DNA from: a virus
Virus genome (UHGV): UHGV-0110138
Length of the DNA: 51,161 nt
Direction: 5' to 3' (one strand)
Shown here piece after piece: positions 9,046 through 18,055 of this stretch. Both the position numbers and the translations under genes were made by a program. The notes beneath the pieces were generated by a model. It did no database searches and was not told where the DNA came from. It saw nothing but the letters and a program-made list of their open reading frames with translations. Each line of letters opens with the position of its first letter. The stretch's first letter is position 1.

Positions 9046-9810
9046 TTAATCAATAAATTGTTCCGCTTTGAATCTGTCTCCCATATCAATAAAATATCCA
9101 TATAGGAATTCTTTTTGCTTCTTCGTCAGATTTCTCATGTTTGTCACAATATATCCACCGTAACCATACGGATTGTGTATTAAACAATATCCTTTTACTT
9201 CTTGTAAGAAATCTCTTTTAAGATGAACATATGCATCCTTATTTTCATCTCTCCATTTCCGATATTCATCGTTAAATCCCTTGCTTCTGCATATTTCAGA
9301 TGCTGATTCTTCATGAGTTCCAAACGGAGATTCTATAAAATCACCAGTTGGTGACAACCATCCAAACTCTTTTGATTCGGTATTTGGCTGTTCTTTTTGT
9401 TCCGGTCTTTGCATTATTCCGTTTTTAAAATCATCAAGAAACTTCTGGAACTTTTCCATATCCATTTCTCTTTTTATAATTTCCTCATATTTCAGTCCCT
9501 TGCCATCTTCTTTATCTTTTAACATCACCATCCGGCATGTGCCCCACTCCATTTCCGAAAATCCAAGTCCATAGCACTCCATCACATAATACAACCCGAT
9601 TCTCAAATCTGGATCCATCTTGATTTTTATCATATCAATGCAATTCGAGTTTCCCAATGCATCCCATACTATGCGGAAATAATAAGGAAACCCTTTTTCA
9701 AACGACTGACATTTTCCAGAACAGTCAATGGTTATACAGGTATCACATCCATTTTCTCCTATATTGTGCTTGCAAGAACTGTTAGTGCATTTTATCTTTC
9801 TCTTTCCCAT
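9046..9810 (-). CDS. hypothetical phage protein (Cys-rich N-terminus)
   Basis: ORF of 254 aa. Confidence 0.5.
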   Translation of the reverse strand: MGKRKIKCTNSSCKHNIGENGCDTCITIDCSGKCQSFEKGFPYYFRIVWDALGNSNCIDMIKIKMDPDLRIGLYYVMECYGLGFSEMEWGTCRMVMLKDKEDGKGLKYEEIIKREMDMEKFQKFLDDFKNGIMQRPEQKEQPNTESKEFGWLSPTGDFIESPFGTHEESASEICRSKGFNDEYRKWRDENKDAYVHLKRDFLQEVKGYCLIHNPYGYGGYIVTNMRNLTKKQKEFLYGYFIDMGDRFKAEQFID

Positions 9811-9814
9811 ATCA

Positions 9815-10033
9815 TCACTTCACCTCATTTGCAACCTGGAATCCCATCCTTGCCACATTCTTCAAGTTGTTTTTAATCAATGCTTTGTTCGGACTTCTGT
9901 GTGTATCAAGGAACTTCCACAACTCTTGCCTTTCAGTCGGTTCATTGGCAATGTAATCAGCCATGTAATCATACTCAGCTTTTGCGACTTTCAAACACTG
10001 AATCATGTAATCTATCTTGTCTCCAATATTCAT
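9815..10033 (-). CDS. hypothetical protein
   Basis: 72 aa. Confidence 0.4.
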   Translation of the reverse strand: MNIGDKIDYMIQCLKVAKAEYDYMADYIANEPTERQELWKFLDTHRSPNKALIKNNLKNVARMGFQVANEVK

Positions 10034-10036
10034 GAC

Positions 10037-10657
10037 TTACTCCTTTACCGCATATCTGCTTTCGCATATTGCAAAAAACTTTCCGTCATGCTCTTCGCAA
10101 TATCTTTTCAGCACTTCTTCGCAAAAATCATGATTGTCAATTTCCTCTTCGTGAACAACCGTTCTTTTTTCGTCTATTACAAGGCAACAGGTTTTCTTCA
10201 CAACTTCAATTTCTTTCTTTTCATGGTCTTTCTTGTACTGTTTGAGGACTTCGATATATCGTTCAGGATGTTTTACCGCTAATTCATTACAGGTAATACC
10301 CGTGCCATTGTTATAGGCACTCAGCTTGCAACGACTGCAACTCCTTCCCTCACACATTTCGCCTCTAAGTATAATTGCTTCTTCCGCTGTCAGTTCATCC
10401 TCTACTAATCCTTCAAGCATTCCGTCTGTCCACTTATAGTCATCTTCTACAACTTTGTAGTAATCATCATGCACGGATGTAATCGTTACGATCTTTTTCT
10501 TTAACATTTCATCAACTGCATATAAACCACCATACAGCACCGTATTTTTTAAATCACTCCTGACTCTTACCTTGTCTCCAACTTTGTATTTCATTTCGTG
10601 CCTCTCTTTCTCAGTTTTTCTAACAGCTTCTTTCTCTTCTGTTTCTTCTCTTTCCAT
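10037..10657 (-). CDS. hypothetical protein (Cys-rich, acidic)
   Basis: 206 aa. Confidence 0.5.
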   Translation of the reverse strand: MEREETEEKEAVRKTEKERHEMKYKVGDKVRVRSDLKNTVLYGGLYAVDEMLKKKIVTITSVHDDYYKVVEDDYKWTDGMLEGLVEDELTAEEAIILRGEMCEGRSCSRCKLSAYNNGTGITCNELAVKHPERYIEVLKQYKKDHEKKEIEVVKKTCCLVIDEKRTVVHEEEIDNHDFCEEVLKRYCEEHDGKFFAICESRYAVKE

Positions 10658-10712
10658 CGTCTCAGGTACTCAATCTGCGCCTGATCCTCTTTCTCTTGTC
10701 TGTTCATGGTCT

Positions 10713-11171
10713 TTATCCCTTGTACAGATTCGGAATCGGCATCCATGCTGCCACTCTGTACAGTGAGCATCCACCGTGTCCGTTTGAGTATCTATCCCAT
10801 TCGAGATAGCCATACTGTCTGTCAAACCAATGCTTCTCTGCGTCCTCGTCAAACACTTGGATGTAGCACCCTACACTGTACTCTCTGTATCCGTTACCGT
10901 TCGTTGACTCAAGTGTGAGTAGTACATCTCTTTCATCTTCCGGAAGTCTTTCTGTCACTGGTATCCATCCACGCTTACTGTCAGCATTGTCAATCTTGCA
11001 CATCTTCTCGACATACTTTCTGACGGTCTCTGTTGTGAGTAGGATCCCTTCGTCCTTCCGGTCCGGATTCAGTTCATCTGCCATCGTGTTCTTCAATTCT
11101 TCCTCTGATTCGTTCAGCCAGGAAAGAAATTCTTCTGCATCAATCATCTTAGCCATATCTTCTCCCTTCAC
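10713..11171 (-). CDS. DUF551 domain protein
   Basis: WIPVTERLPED...AWMPIPNLY pattern, as in the C-terminus of 5000-5557. Confidence 0.6.
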   Translation of the reverse strand: MKGEDMAKMIDAEEFLSWLNESEEELKNTMADELNPDRKDEGILLTTETVRKYVEKMCKIDNADSKRGWIPVTERLPEDERDVLLTLESTNGNGYREYSVGCYIQVFDEDAEKHWFDRQYGYLEWDRYSNGHGGCSLYRVAAWMPIPNLYKG

Positions 11172-11484
11172 AATTCGCTACGTATTTGCCATAGCTCATT
11201 CCATGTTTTCTTGCTTCCGCTGCAACTCTTGCTAGCTCGTTTTGAAACTTCGGTTTCATTGCGCCTTTTACTTTCTTCGGTTTGGCTTGCTTTCGTTTCA
11301 TTGCAAGTTCCTTTTTCTGTTCAGGACTCAAGGCTCTGTATCTTGCCTTTCCTCTCTCACAACACTGTCTTCGGCTTCTTTCTTCTCCGCAAGCCTTGCT
11401 ACAATACTTCTTTCGGTTGCCGACTATCTCAAATTCTTTTCCACAGACTGAGCATACCGCCCAGCCACTTTTTTCCTCTGCCAT
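11149..11484 (-). CDS. basic zinc-ribbon protein
   Basis: CSVCGKEF...YCSKACGEERSRRQCCERGK; Lys-rich tail. Confidence 0.5.
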   Translation of the reverse strand: MAEEKSGWAVCSVCGKEFEIVGNRKKYCSKACGEERSRRQCCERGKARYRALSPEQKKELAMKRKQAKPKKVKGAMKPKFQNELARVAAEARKHGMSYGKYVANCEGRRYG

Positions 11485-11490
11485 TCTTAA

Positions 11491-12309
11491 TCACCTTCCA
11501 AGTAGCTTGCTCTCCAAATCATCCATGTCATACTGTCTTCGCTCAAAGTTGTTATTGTTCTTCGTTGGCTTCTTGAACTTCTCTGTGTACTTGCCATCAA
11601 GAATCTTTTCGAAGTTGTCCGGATTGATGAACCAGTCAAAGTTCAGTGAGAATCTTGCATCTGTCTTCCCTTGAAGAAATTCACTTGCCTTGACCTTAGC
11701 AATGCCATCAATCACTTTCTCTTCTCCGAATTGGTCAATGAGTTTGGCCAGTGAAGTGTATCGTTTAGAACCTTGATTGATCCGGTAAATCATTTTGATT
11801 CCGTAAGGCTCTAGTTGATTCCACGCATTGATGATTGCTGAAATGCTATGCTGCATTATAGATACGTCAGTATCTATATATTCTTCCCTTCTTCCTTTCT
11901 TCCTTTCTTCTATTGTTGTCACTTGCTTGTCACTTGCTTGTCGATTGCTTGTCACTTGCTTGTCACTTTGCCTGTCGATTGATTGATAAGAACAGTAATT
12001 ATTTACTGTAAATACAGTGAATTTGTTGTATTTTGTGCTTGTCACTTCGCCTGTCGATTCTAGGTGTTTTAGTGCTGTTCTTATTTCTCTAACTGAGAGG
12101 TTAGTTTCCTCAGATAATTTGGCTAAAGAAGACACAAATGAACCTCTTTTTATCTCTATTCCTAAGAAAAATCCGTCCTTCCAGTTAGCCTTTAACAGCA
12201 TGTGTATGAACAATCTGCAAGTGTTTTTATCTTGGTACCAACCCCATTCAAGAAGTGACCGGTTAATCTTTACGTAATCCCCTTTCATACACTTCCATCC
12301 AATCTTCAA
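11491..12309 (-). CDS. phage replisome organizer / DnaD-like replication initiation protein
   Basis: N-terminal INRSLLEWGWYQDKNTCRLFIHMLLKANW resembles the replisome organizer N-terminal domain. The gene contains the iteron array. Confidence 0.6.
   Translation of the reverse strand: MKIGWKCMKGDYVKINRSLLEWGWYQDKNTCRLFIHMLLKANWKDGFFLGIEIKRGSFVSSLAKLSEETNLSVREIRTALKHLESTGEVTSTKYNKFTVFTVNNYCSYQSIDRQSDKQVTSNRQASDKQVTTIEERKKGRREEYIDTDVSIMQHSISAIINAWNQLEPYGIKMIYRINQGSKRYTSLAKLIDQFGEEKVIDGIAKVKASEFLQGKTDARFSLNFDWFINPDNFEKILDGKYTEKFKKPTKNNNNFERRQYDMDDLESKLLGR
11916..12060. repeat. iteron array (6-8 copies of an 11-bp TTGTCACTTGC/TTGTCGATTGC unit) plus a near-perfect palindrome TACTGTAAATACAGTG; putative phage origin
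   Basis: Directly visible tandem repeats at 11916-11982 and 12039-12060. The 12004-12019 palindrome sits in an AT-rich spacer. All of this is embedded in the replisome-organizer gene. Confidence 0.6.
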
Positions 12310-12583
12310 ACTTCATTGTAACCAACCAAGATCTATGATTTTTTCGATGCATCACAGTAGGTATTTCACCCTCTCTCGCATCGTTTTCGGACTGTTCCAT
12401 AGCGGTATCAATGTTAAGCTTCTCTACTCTCTTGCACTCAATATGGATGCCAGGAAGACCAACTACATCTGCATCTCCATTGGATCCGCAGAACTGCTGC
12501 CCTCTTCGGCAATCATATCCATGTGATTTAAGCAGATTTGCTAATTCTCTTTCTCCTTCTTTCCCTTTTCTGTTCGAGTTCAT
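12263..12583 (-). CDS. PD-(D/E)xK nuclease, Holliday-junction resolvase-like (Hjc/RecU-type)
   Basis: GKEGERELANLL...DADVV...IECK pattern. Confidence 0.5.
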   Translation of the reverse strand: MNSNRKGKEGERELANLLKSHGYDCRRGQQFCGSNGDADVVGLPGIHIECKRVEKLNIDTAMEQSENDAREGEIPTVMHRKNHRSWLVTMKFEDWMEVYERGLRKD

Positions 12584-12899
12584 TGTCTACCTCCATGTTG
12601 CAGTTCTTGGCTGTTCGCCTTGCTGTTTTTAATGCCCAGCCGATACTCTTCAATCGGCTTTCTTCTTGTCTGATGTACTTCATCAGCATCATTCTCTCTT
12701 CTAAGATGTTCATGTCTGGAATGAAGTATCCTCTGCCATCTTGCATATTGAGAATCGGAATATCTCGTCTTGCATAATGGATCATGTCTCTTATCGTTCT
12801 ATCGTCTATACCGGTCAGATCAGACAATTCAGCTCTCGTGATTGCTCTGTCATGTCCGGTTCTGATGTAATCTAATATGTCAATATCGTAAGTCTGCAT
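12528..12899 (-). CDS. putative HTH DNA-binding regulator
   Basis: AITRAELSDLTGIDDRTIRDMIHYARRD, a winged-helix-like segment. Confidence 0.45.
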   Translation of the reverse strand: MQTYDIDILDYIRTGHDRAITRAELSDLTGIDDRTIRDMIHYARRDIPILNMQDGRGYFIPDMNILEERMMLMKYIRQEESRLKSIGWALKTARRTAKNCNMEVDNELEQKRERRRKRISKSA

Positions 12900-13029
12900 T
12901 GTTCTCCTTTCTCTCCCCGGACAAGCCGAGGAGATGAATCATCATGGCTCTGATTAAGGATTGTGACATACTGTTTCAGTCAGCCATTAGGAGTTTATAT
13001 ATCAACCTTATCCGCTAGGTTAATACCAG

Positions 13030-13338
13030 TTATAGCCAAGACTTTCCGAATACCTCTCTGAACTCTTCTCTGCTGCCTATATGCTCTTCAAAATGTTTCT
13101 GAGCCATCTGCTTAAGCTGTAAGTCCAGCCCGTGATTCGGATTGTCATGTACGCTCCCCTTCTGAAATTCATGTAAATACGGTGCTAGGGGAATCACATA
13201 TCCGTATCTCTCTGATAGCTTTCGTCTGCTTCCGTAGAAGATATGGTGAATATGTGGATATGGATAACCGGTGAAGTAACAGTGGTTCATATCTTCTGTG
13301 AATACACTTTTCAATCGTTTAGCCAATATCCACACCAT
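13030..13338 (-). CDS. hypothetical protein, possible HNH-like nuclease
   Basis: HCYFTG...HIHHIF...HD pattern; weak. Confidence 0.35.
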   Translation of the reverse strand: MVWILAKRLKSVFTEDMNHCYFTGYPYPHIHHIFYGSRRKLSERYGYVIPLAPYLHEFQKGSVHDNPNHGLDLQLKQMAQKHFEEHIGSREEFREVFGKSWL

Positions 13339-13894
13339 ACCTTTCTTTCAACAATCTCTTTTCATCCGGTGTAGCAATCTCTGATGCTGCAAGTCCTGCT
13401 TCCTTACAGCTTGTAATAAGTCCATCAATGAGCCTTGCCATCTCTGATGTATCGTAGGTACTTGAACCTCTCAACAACTTGTACGTTCTGTACATGATAC
13501 CGTCTAAGCCTTGCCTTACTTGTGATGTTGGCATTAGATGATATTCTGTTGCTTGCATCACTTTCTTTTCCGCATCTTCCGTATCCGGTACTGTCATGTA
13601 TATAGGCTTTCCTTCAATGATCTCCGGTTCTCCGTAGTGAATCAGCATCAGATTGTGCATTTCTGCATTAGATGTGTTCATTACCTTTGCAAGCTTGGTA
13701 AGTAGTACCCAGTAGTAAGCATTCGCATCAAGACTTCTTTTCTTCCTGCATGGCTTTATCTCAAGGCTTAAAACCTCTTTGCCTTTCAATTCCTCGTAAG
13801 TCTCAAGAAAGTCCTCATTTGGCTCAAATAGAATGGTCAGACGATGCGTTACAAAGTCGATAATTGGTTCTTTGAGTTTTCCAGTGAAACGCAT
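13319..13894 (-). CDS. NinB/Orf-like recombination mediator (putative)
   Basis: KKRSLDANAYYWVLL resembles the NinB NRSLDQNRKLW motif. Located directly downstream of the Sak annealase. Confidence 0.45.
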   Translation of the reverse strand: MRFTGKLKEPIIDFVTHRLTILFEPNEDFLETYEELKGKEVLSLEIKPCRKKRSLDANAYYWVLLTKLAKVMNTSNAEMHNLMLIHYGEPEIIEGKPIYMTVPDTEDAEKKVMQATEYHLMPTSQVRQGLDGIMYRTYKLLRGSSTYDTSEMARLIDGLITSCKEAGLAASEIATPDEKRLLKERYGVDIG

Positions 13895-14572
13895 TTATTT
13901 CTCACCAATTCTTTTCATCAAGTAGTCAAATTGTTCAATGTTCAGTTCTTCCAGTGATTTGACCTTAAATGCTTTGCAAACATTTTCAACGGTCTGTCTG
14001 TGACTCTGGATGCACGTTTGTAATGTTGCTACATGAGAAGCATCAAGAGTATGTGGTGTCACTGGTTGTTCAGCTGTTGACTTTCCTATCGTATATACGA
14101 TTCTTCCTCTGTCCTTATTCTTGATAGACAGTTCTTTAATTATCTTGTCTTCAATAACAATCCGCTCAACAACAAATTTGTCGTTGCATTTTGTTCCGTT
14201 GATAGTGCAATTATTAGCACTGATCCAGATAAACGGTGTTGTGTACAGTTCTCTTCCGATTCCCCAGTTGAAACACGCTCTCTTAAACGAATCGGATGCC
14301 CGACCTTTCTCTTTCTCTGTGTTGGAGTCTTTTCCGACATCTTGCTTGGATACCCAGATGCCTTTTTCTGTATCGTAGATTGATACTGTACAGTACAGAT
14401 TGCCGTCTATCACTTCATGTGATCTTTGCCAGTTAAAAGGTCCGACTGTCTCATCTAGGATATTCTGATCGACTCTTGCATCTTTGTAGAGAAGAAGTGA
14501 AATTCCATTAGGCTTAACCATTGCGATTCGACAATCAATCTCACTGGCTTTCAAATCTCTAAACGTAAGCAT
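13895..14572 (-). CDS. Rad52-family single-strand annealing protein (Sak-like)
   Basis: GPFNWQRSHEV and GRASDSFKRACFNWGIGRELY motifs. Confidence 0.7.
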   Translation of the reverse strand: MLTFRDLKASEIDCRIAMVKPNGISLLLYKDARVDQNILDETVGPFNWQRSHEVIDGNLYCTVSIYDTEKGIWVSKQDVGKDSNTEKEKGRASDSFKRACFNWGIGRELYTTPFIWISANNCTINGTKCNDKFVVERIVIEDKIIKELSIKNKDRGRIVYTIGKSTAEQPVTPHTLDASHVATLQTCIQSHRQTVENVCKAFKVKSLEELNIEQFDYLMKRIGEK

Positions 14573-14575
14573 CCT

Positions 14576-15625
14576 TTAAACATCCTTCCTTTCGAAGTAA
14601 ACACCGAAGCTTGTCATTGCCTGTTCGATATCTTTAAGTTCCTCTTCTGTAGCAACAACGGTGTAAATTACCTTCTTAGACTCTTCGCTGCTCAAGAATC
14701 TTGCCTGTTCCTCATCTACTTCTTTCAGCTTTTCAACAGTCTCTTTCTCCGCTTTCCTCTTGATTTCCTCTTCTTCGAGAATTCTTCTACGTTCTTCAAG
14801 ACGGATGCGTTCTCTTTCAGCTTCCAATTCTCTTTCTCTTCTGGCAGCTTCTTCTGCTTCTTTTCTCTTAAGGATCTCTGCTTTCTGAATTTCGTAATCA
14901 CTAAGGTACTTAATTGCTGATGCCAGATTGTTGTTTTCCATATAGAAGTTGAGAGCAGTTTCTTCTTTTTCTGATCTCATGGCTTTGATAGCATTGATAT
15001 CAGCATTTGTAGTTGCAACTCTGCTAGTAAATTCTTCTCTAATGTCTTTCATTTTCGTACCGGCATTCGTCCACTTACTTCCGTAGATTCTTTCCAGTGG
15101 AATGTAATCTTGCAATTCTTCCGGAACAATCTCTTCATAAGCAATCTGGATCTCTTCTCTACGCTCTTTAATGCGCTTTTCCTCAAACTCTTTAACCTTG
15201 CTGTCAATTAACGTGATCGGCTCATCGATCAGTGCGATAAGTTCCTTCACCTTAGCTTCGAACTCATCATAAGGCTTCATGTACTCCTTCTTTACTTCGA
15301 TTCTTCTCTCGTTCACAGCTGCCTTTTTCTTTCTCAGCTCTGCGAGGTCTTTCTTCGCATCCTTCTTTGTCTCTTCTGTGAATTCTTTCTTTTTGTATTT
15401 CTCAAGTTCCATTGAAACCTGATCTTTAAATTCTTCAAAGTTGGCTGTAATTTCGCCAATGCTCTGTACTACATCAAATCTCAGTTCCTGCATTTTTTCT
15501 TTCCTCCGCATTGTAATTGTCTGCAAGTCTCTTATGCATCTTATGTTGTGTGATTCCCAATTCATCAAAGGACAGTTCCTCATGCTCCCACACCGATGGT
15601 TCTTCGTGCTTGACCGGAAGTCCAA
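14576..15625 (-). CDS. DUF1351-like phage protein (likely start at MQELRFDVV, about 15490)
   Basis: Highly charged coiled-coil protein; classic partner located upstream of Sak. Confidence 0.55.
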   Translation of the reverse strand: MDFRSSTKNHRCGSMRNCPLMNWESHNIRCIRDLQTITMRRKEKMQELRFDVVQSIGEITANFEEFKDQVSMELEKYKKKEFTEETKKDAKKDLAELRKKKAAVNERRIEVKKEYMKPYDEFEAKVKELIALIDEPITLIDSKVKEFEEKRIKERREEIQIAYEEIVPEELQDYIPLERIYGSKWTNAGTKMKDIREEFTSRVATTNADINAIKAMRSEKEETALNFYMENNNLASAIKYLSDYEIQKAEILKRKEAEEAARRERELEAERERIRLEERRRILEEEEIKRKAEKETVEKLKEVDEEQARFLSSEESKKVIYTVVATEEELKDIEQAMTSFGVYFERKDV

Positions 15626-15767
15626 TAATTGCTTTCACTGTGTCCAGCTTGATATATCCGTTTTCTTCATTGCGGATGTAAGCTTTGAGCGTTTCCATTC
15701 GTGCATCTGTTTTGCACAGCTCTTCAAATTTTGAAACGCTTACTTCAAGTGTTTTTTCTAACAACAT
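15474..15767 (-). CDS. hypothetical protein
   Basis: 97 aa. Confidence 0.4.
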   Translation of the reverse strand: MLLEKTLEVSVSKFEELCKTDARMETLKAYIRNEENGYIKLDTVKAIIGLPVKHEEPSVWEHEELSFDELGITQHKMHKRLADNYNAEERKNAGTEI

Positions 15768-15779
15768 TGCTTTCTCCTT

Positions 15780-16013
15780 TCACAGTGGCAGTTCTTGTAC
15801 TAATTGCAGAACAAGTGTGTTAATTGCAAGAACTTTTTCATCAACATCTCTTTCTCCTCTTATGTACTTTTCTACGTTTACAAAGATGTATGCTGCTACT
15901 CCCATAATCAGATCTTCGTCTTCACCGTCATTCATGTCGCAAAACTCTGCTGCGAATATTGGAATGATTGCGTTCAGCTTATCCAAAGTTATGGTAAAAT
16001 TATCTTTTTTCAT
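15780..16013 (-). CDS. hypothetical protein
   Basis: 77 aa. Confidence 0.4.
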   Translation of the reverse strand: MKKDNFTITLDKLNAIIPIFAAEFCDMNDGEDEDLIMGVAAYIFVNVEKYIRGERDVDEKVLAINTLVLQLVQELPL

Positions 16014-16098
16014 TGCTTTCTCCTTTTTAAATTGTTATTATTAAGTTGGTTTTTTACCCGAGTGCCTGAAGGTTGCCGCCTTTGCTGGGCACTCTTTT

Positions 16099-16311
16099 TT
16101 AATATCCGAAGATAACCCATGTTGCGATTCCTAAGACAACTACCAATCCCATCGCAACTACTGTCGTAACCGCTGACGTTGTTTCTTCTCTGTCATCATG
16201 CTCAATTCTTCTTGGCTGTCTCTTGATATTAACTATCTGGATTGCTCTTCTTTGGATGTCGATCATGTCGATCTGATTCATTTTTCTCACCTTCTTTCTG
16301 AAATGATGCAC
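16099..16311 (-). CDS. small membrane protein (C-terminal TM)
   Basis: AVTTVVAMGLVVVLGIATWVIFGY. Confidence 0.4.
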   Translation of the reverse strand: MHHFRKKVRKMNQIDMIDIQRRAIQIVNIKRQPRRIEHDDREETTSAVTTVVAMGLVVVLGIATWVIFGY

Positions 16312-16371
16312 ACGGAATACATCTGCTTCTTTCCATGCATCTGTTTCTCTTTTTGCAGTAACTACAATCTC

Positions 16372-16620
16372 TCATATCACTTCCCTACCGATCTTCGCCT
16401 TTTCCTCATCAGTGATTTTGAGTACCCTTAGGATTTCTCGTAATTCACTGATTCGGATATTATCCGGCTGACTTAATCTCTGGTACAGAGTGCTCGGTGG
16501 GATACCAGTCAGTTTTGAAAGCTTCTGAGTATCAATAGCTGTCATAGTCTTTCCTGACTCGATGATTGCAAGAAGTGTTCTGTTCTGCCTTTCCCTGTCA
16601 GATATTTTTAATTTTGGCAT
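16372..16620 (-). CDS. HTH DNA-binding protein (candidate Aca-like regulator)
   Basis: MTAIDTQKLSKLTGIPPSTLYQRL. Confidence 0.55.
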   Translation of the reverse strand: MPKLKISDRERQNRTLLAIIESGKTMTAIDTQKLSKLTGIPPSTLYQRLSQPDNIRISELREILRVLKITDEEKAKIGREVI

Positions 16621-16634
16621 CTCTTCTCACCTCT

Positions 16635-16883
16635 CTAGTCTTCATAATTGCGTGGAATCATGTCCTCTGTCAGTGCGTAGAAATCGCTGAGGTACGCTCC
16701 GTCTTCTGTGATACTTAAATCAACAGCAACGTTGTTCTCGTTCATCAGCATGATTCTCAACGCACACTCTTCTCCGATTGTTCCGTTGCCGACTGCTAAG
16801 ACCTTAAAGCCTTTCAATGCGTGCAGCTCTTCAGAATCTCCATTGACTCTCTTATTGATAATCTTTTTCTTCATTGCTTTCAC
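16635..16883 (-). CDS. hypothetical small protein immediately upstream of the HTH gene
   Basis: 82 aa. Confidence 0.45.
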   Translation of the reverse strand: MKAMKKKIINKRVNGDSEELHALKGFKVLAVGNGTIGEECALRIMLMNENNVAVDLSITEDGAYLSDFYALTEDMIPRNYED

Positions 16884-17015
16884 CTCTCTTCATCAGTACC
16901 CCTTCCCTTTCCAGTAGATTACCTTGTAATTTTCTTGTTTAATTTCTACCAACCTCTTCCTTTGCTTTTTCATCCGTGCTAAAATATTTCAAAATCATAC
17001 TAGGAGGGTTAACGA

Positions 17016-17518
17016 TGTATTTTCTGCTTATTTTCCTTTGCATTATCATTTTGAAATTTTTACTAAATCTTTCAAGGTATATCACCACTTGTGTTTGCAT
17101 CAAAAAATATGCTTCAAATTCTGCAAATTTAGAACAATTGATTCCCTTTGTGGAACACGTTTGGGATTCAGCAAAAACCAACACCTTGGTGATGATTGAA
17201 TACGCTTTCAGTACTGAATACGCTAAACTATCTGACTTATTATGTGATATTTCGTATTCCAAACGAATAAACTCAACTTTTAATCAAACTATTGGCGTAT
17301 ACAAATTTCGTATGCTTCAATGCATTAACCCTTTTTACTGGATTTTCTTGCCACGGTATATTTTTAATTTTCTTGATGTTCAGCCATCAAAATCGACTAT
17401 TTTGTTATCGACTCTTGCGTACTGGATTCTGTCGACTGTCTGTGCATATCTTCTTGAGTTGTACTTAGACAGTCATTTTTCTGATTTCTTCCATAATATA
17501 GTCGATATACTTCCATGA
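17016..17518 (+). CDS. membrane protein encoded opposite to the early operon (moron candidate)
   Basis: Strong RBS AGGAGGG 6 nt upstream of ATG at 17016. N- and C-terminal TM helices. Confidence 0.5.
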
Positions 17519-17663
17519 GGAACTTTCTAATCTGGTTCCTCTCCGCCTCTTTTCTGCATGATCTCAGACGAATTGTTTCATCAAGCATTGCCTGATATAT
17601 CAAAGCATTTACTTTTTCATCACTTGTATTTGTTAAAACTGACTCATGAACAATTCTGTTCAT
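17397..17663 (-). CDS. hypothetical early protein
   Basis: RBS AAAGGAGAG. Converges with and overlaps 17016-17518. Confidence 0.45.
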   Translation of the reverse strand: MNRIVHESVLTNTSDEKVNALIYQAMLDETIRLRSCRKEAERNQIRKFLMEVYRLYYGRNQKNDCLSTTQEDMHRQSTESSTQESITK

Positions 17664-17677
17664 TTCTTCTCTCCTTT

Positions 17678-17866
17678 CTACTTTTCCAAGAAATACTCAA
17701 TCGGAACACCAAAGTATTTTGACAAAATAAGTAATTTGTCAGCTTTAGGAACATATACGCCATTTTTCCAACTGGACAAAGTTGCCGTGGAAACTCCTGT
17801 ATCTTTCGATACTTGGTATGGTGTTTTGTTCGTTTTATCCAATAATAATTGGAATTTTTCGTACAC
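17678..17866 (-). CDS. Cro-like XRE-family HTH
   Basis: MYEKFQLLLDKTNKTPYQVSKDTGVSTATLSSWKNG; transcribed divergently from the cI-like gene. Confidence 0.7.
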   Translation of the reverse strand: MYEKFQLLLDKTNKTPYQVSKDTGVSTATLSSWKNGVYVPKADKLLILSKYFGVPIEYFLEK

Positions 17867-18055
17867 TATTACACCTCCTTAGATATTGACACTATCTAAG
17901 GTTTCTTATATAATCAAAGTACCATCTAAGTTATTTAAGAAACCTTATATTGTTTTAACTTAGCTATCTAAGCTATATTTGTATATTAGCATAGTTTTCT
18001 TAGCTTGTCAATGCTAATTAGCATAGATTTCTAAGTTATTTAGAAAGGAAAAACT
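17867..18055. promoter_or_regulatory. divergent promoter/operator region of the genetic switch
   Basis: Rightward TTGACA (17886-91), 17-bp spacer, TATAAT (17909-14). Leftward TTGACA (18010-18005), 16-bp spacer, TAATAT (17988-17983). Four operator-like (A/T)TCTAAG repeats at 17894-17900, 17924-17930, 17966-17972 and 18029-18035, two of them extended to TCTAAGTTATTTA(A)GAAA. Confidence 0.6.

Noticed and set aside
11916-12060. Tandem 11-bp repeats as a possible CRISPR or VNTR
   Set aside because: The units are contiguous with no spacers, and they sit inside the replisome-organizer gene. The iteron/ori interpretation fits better.
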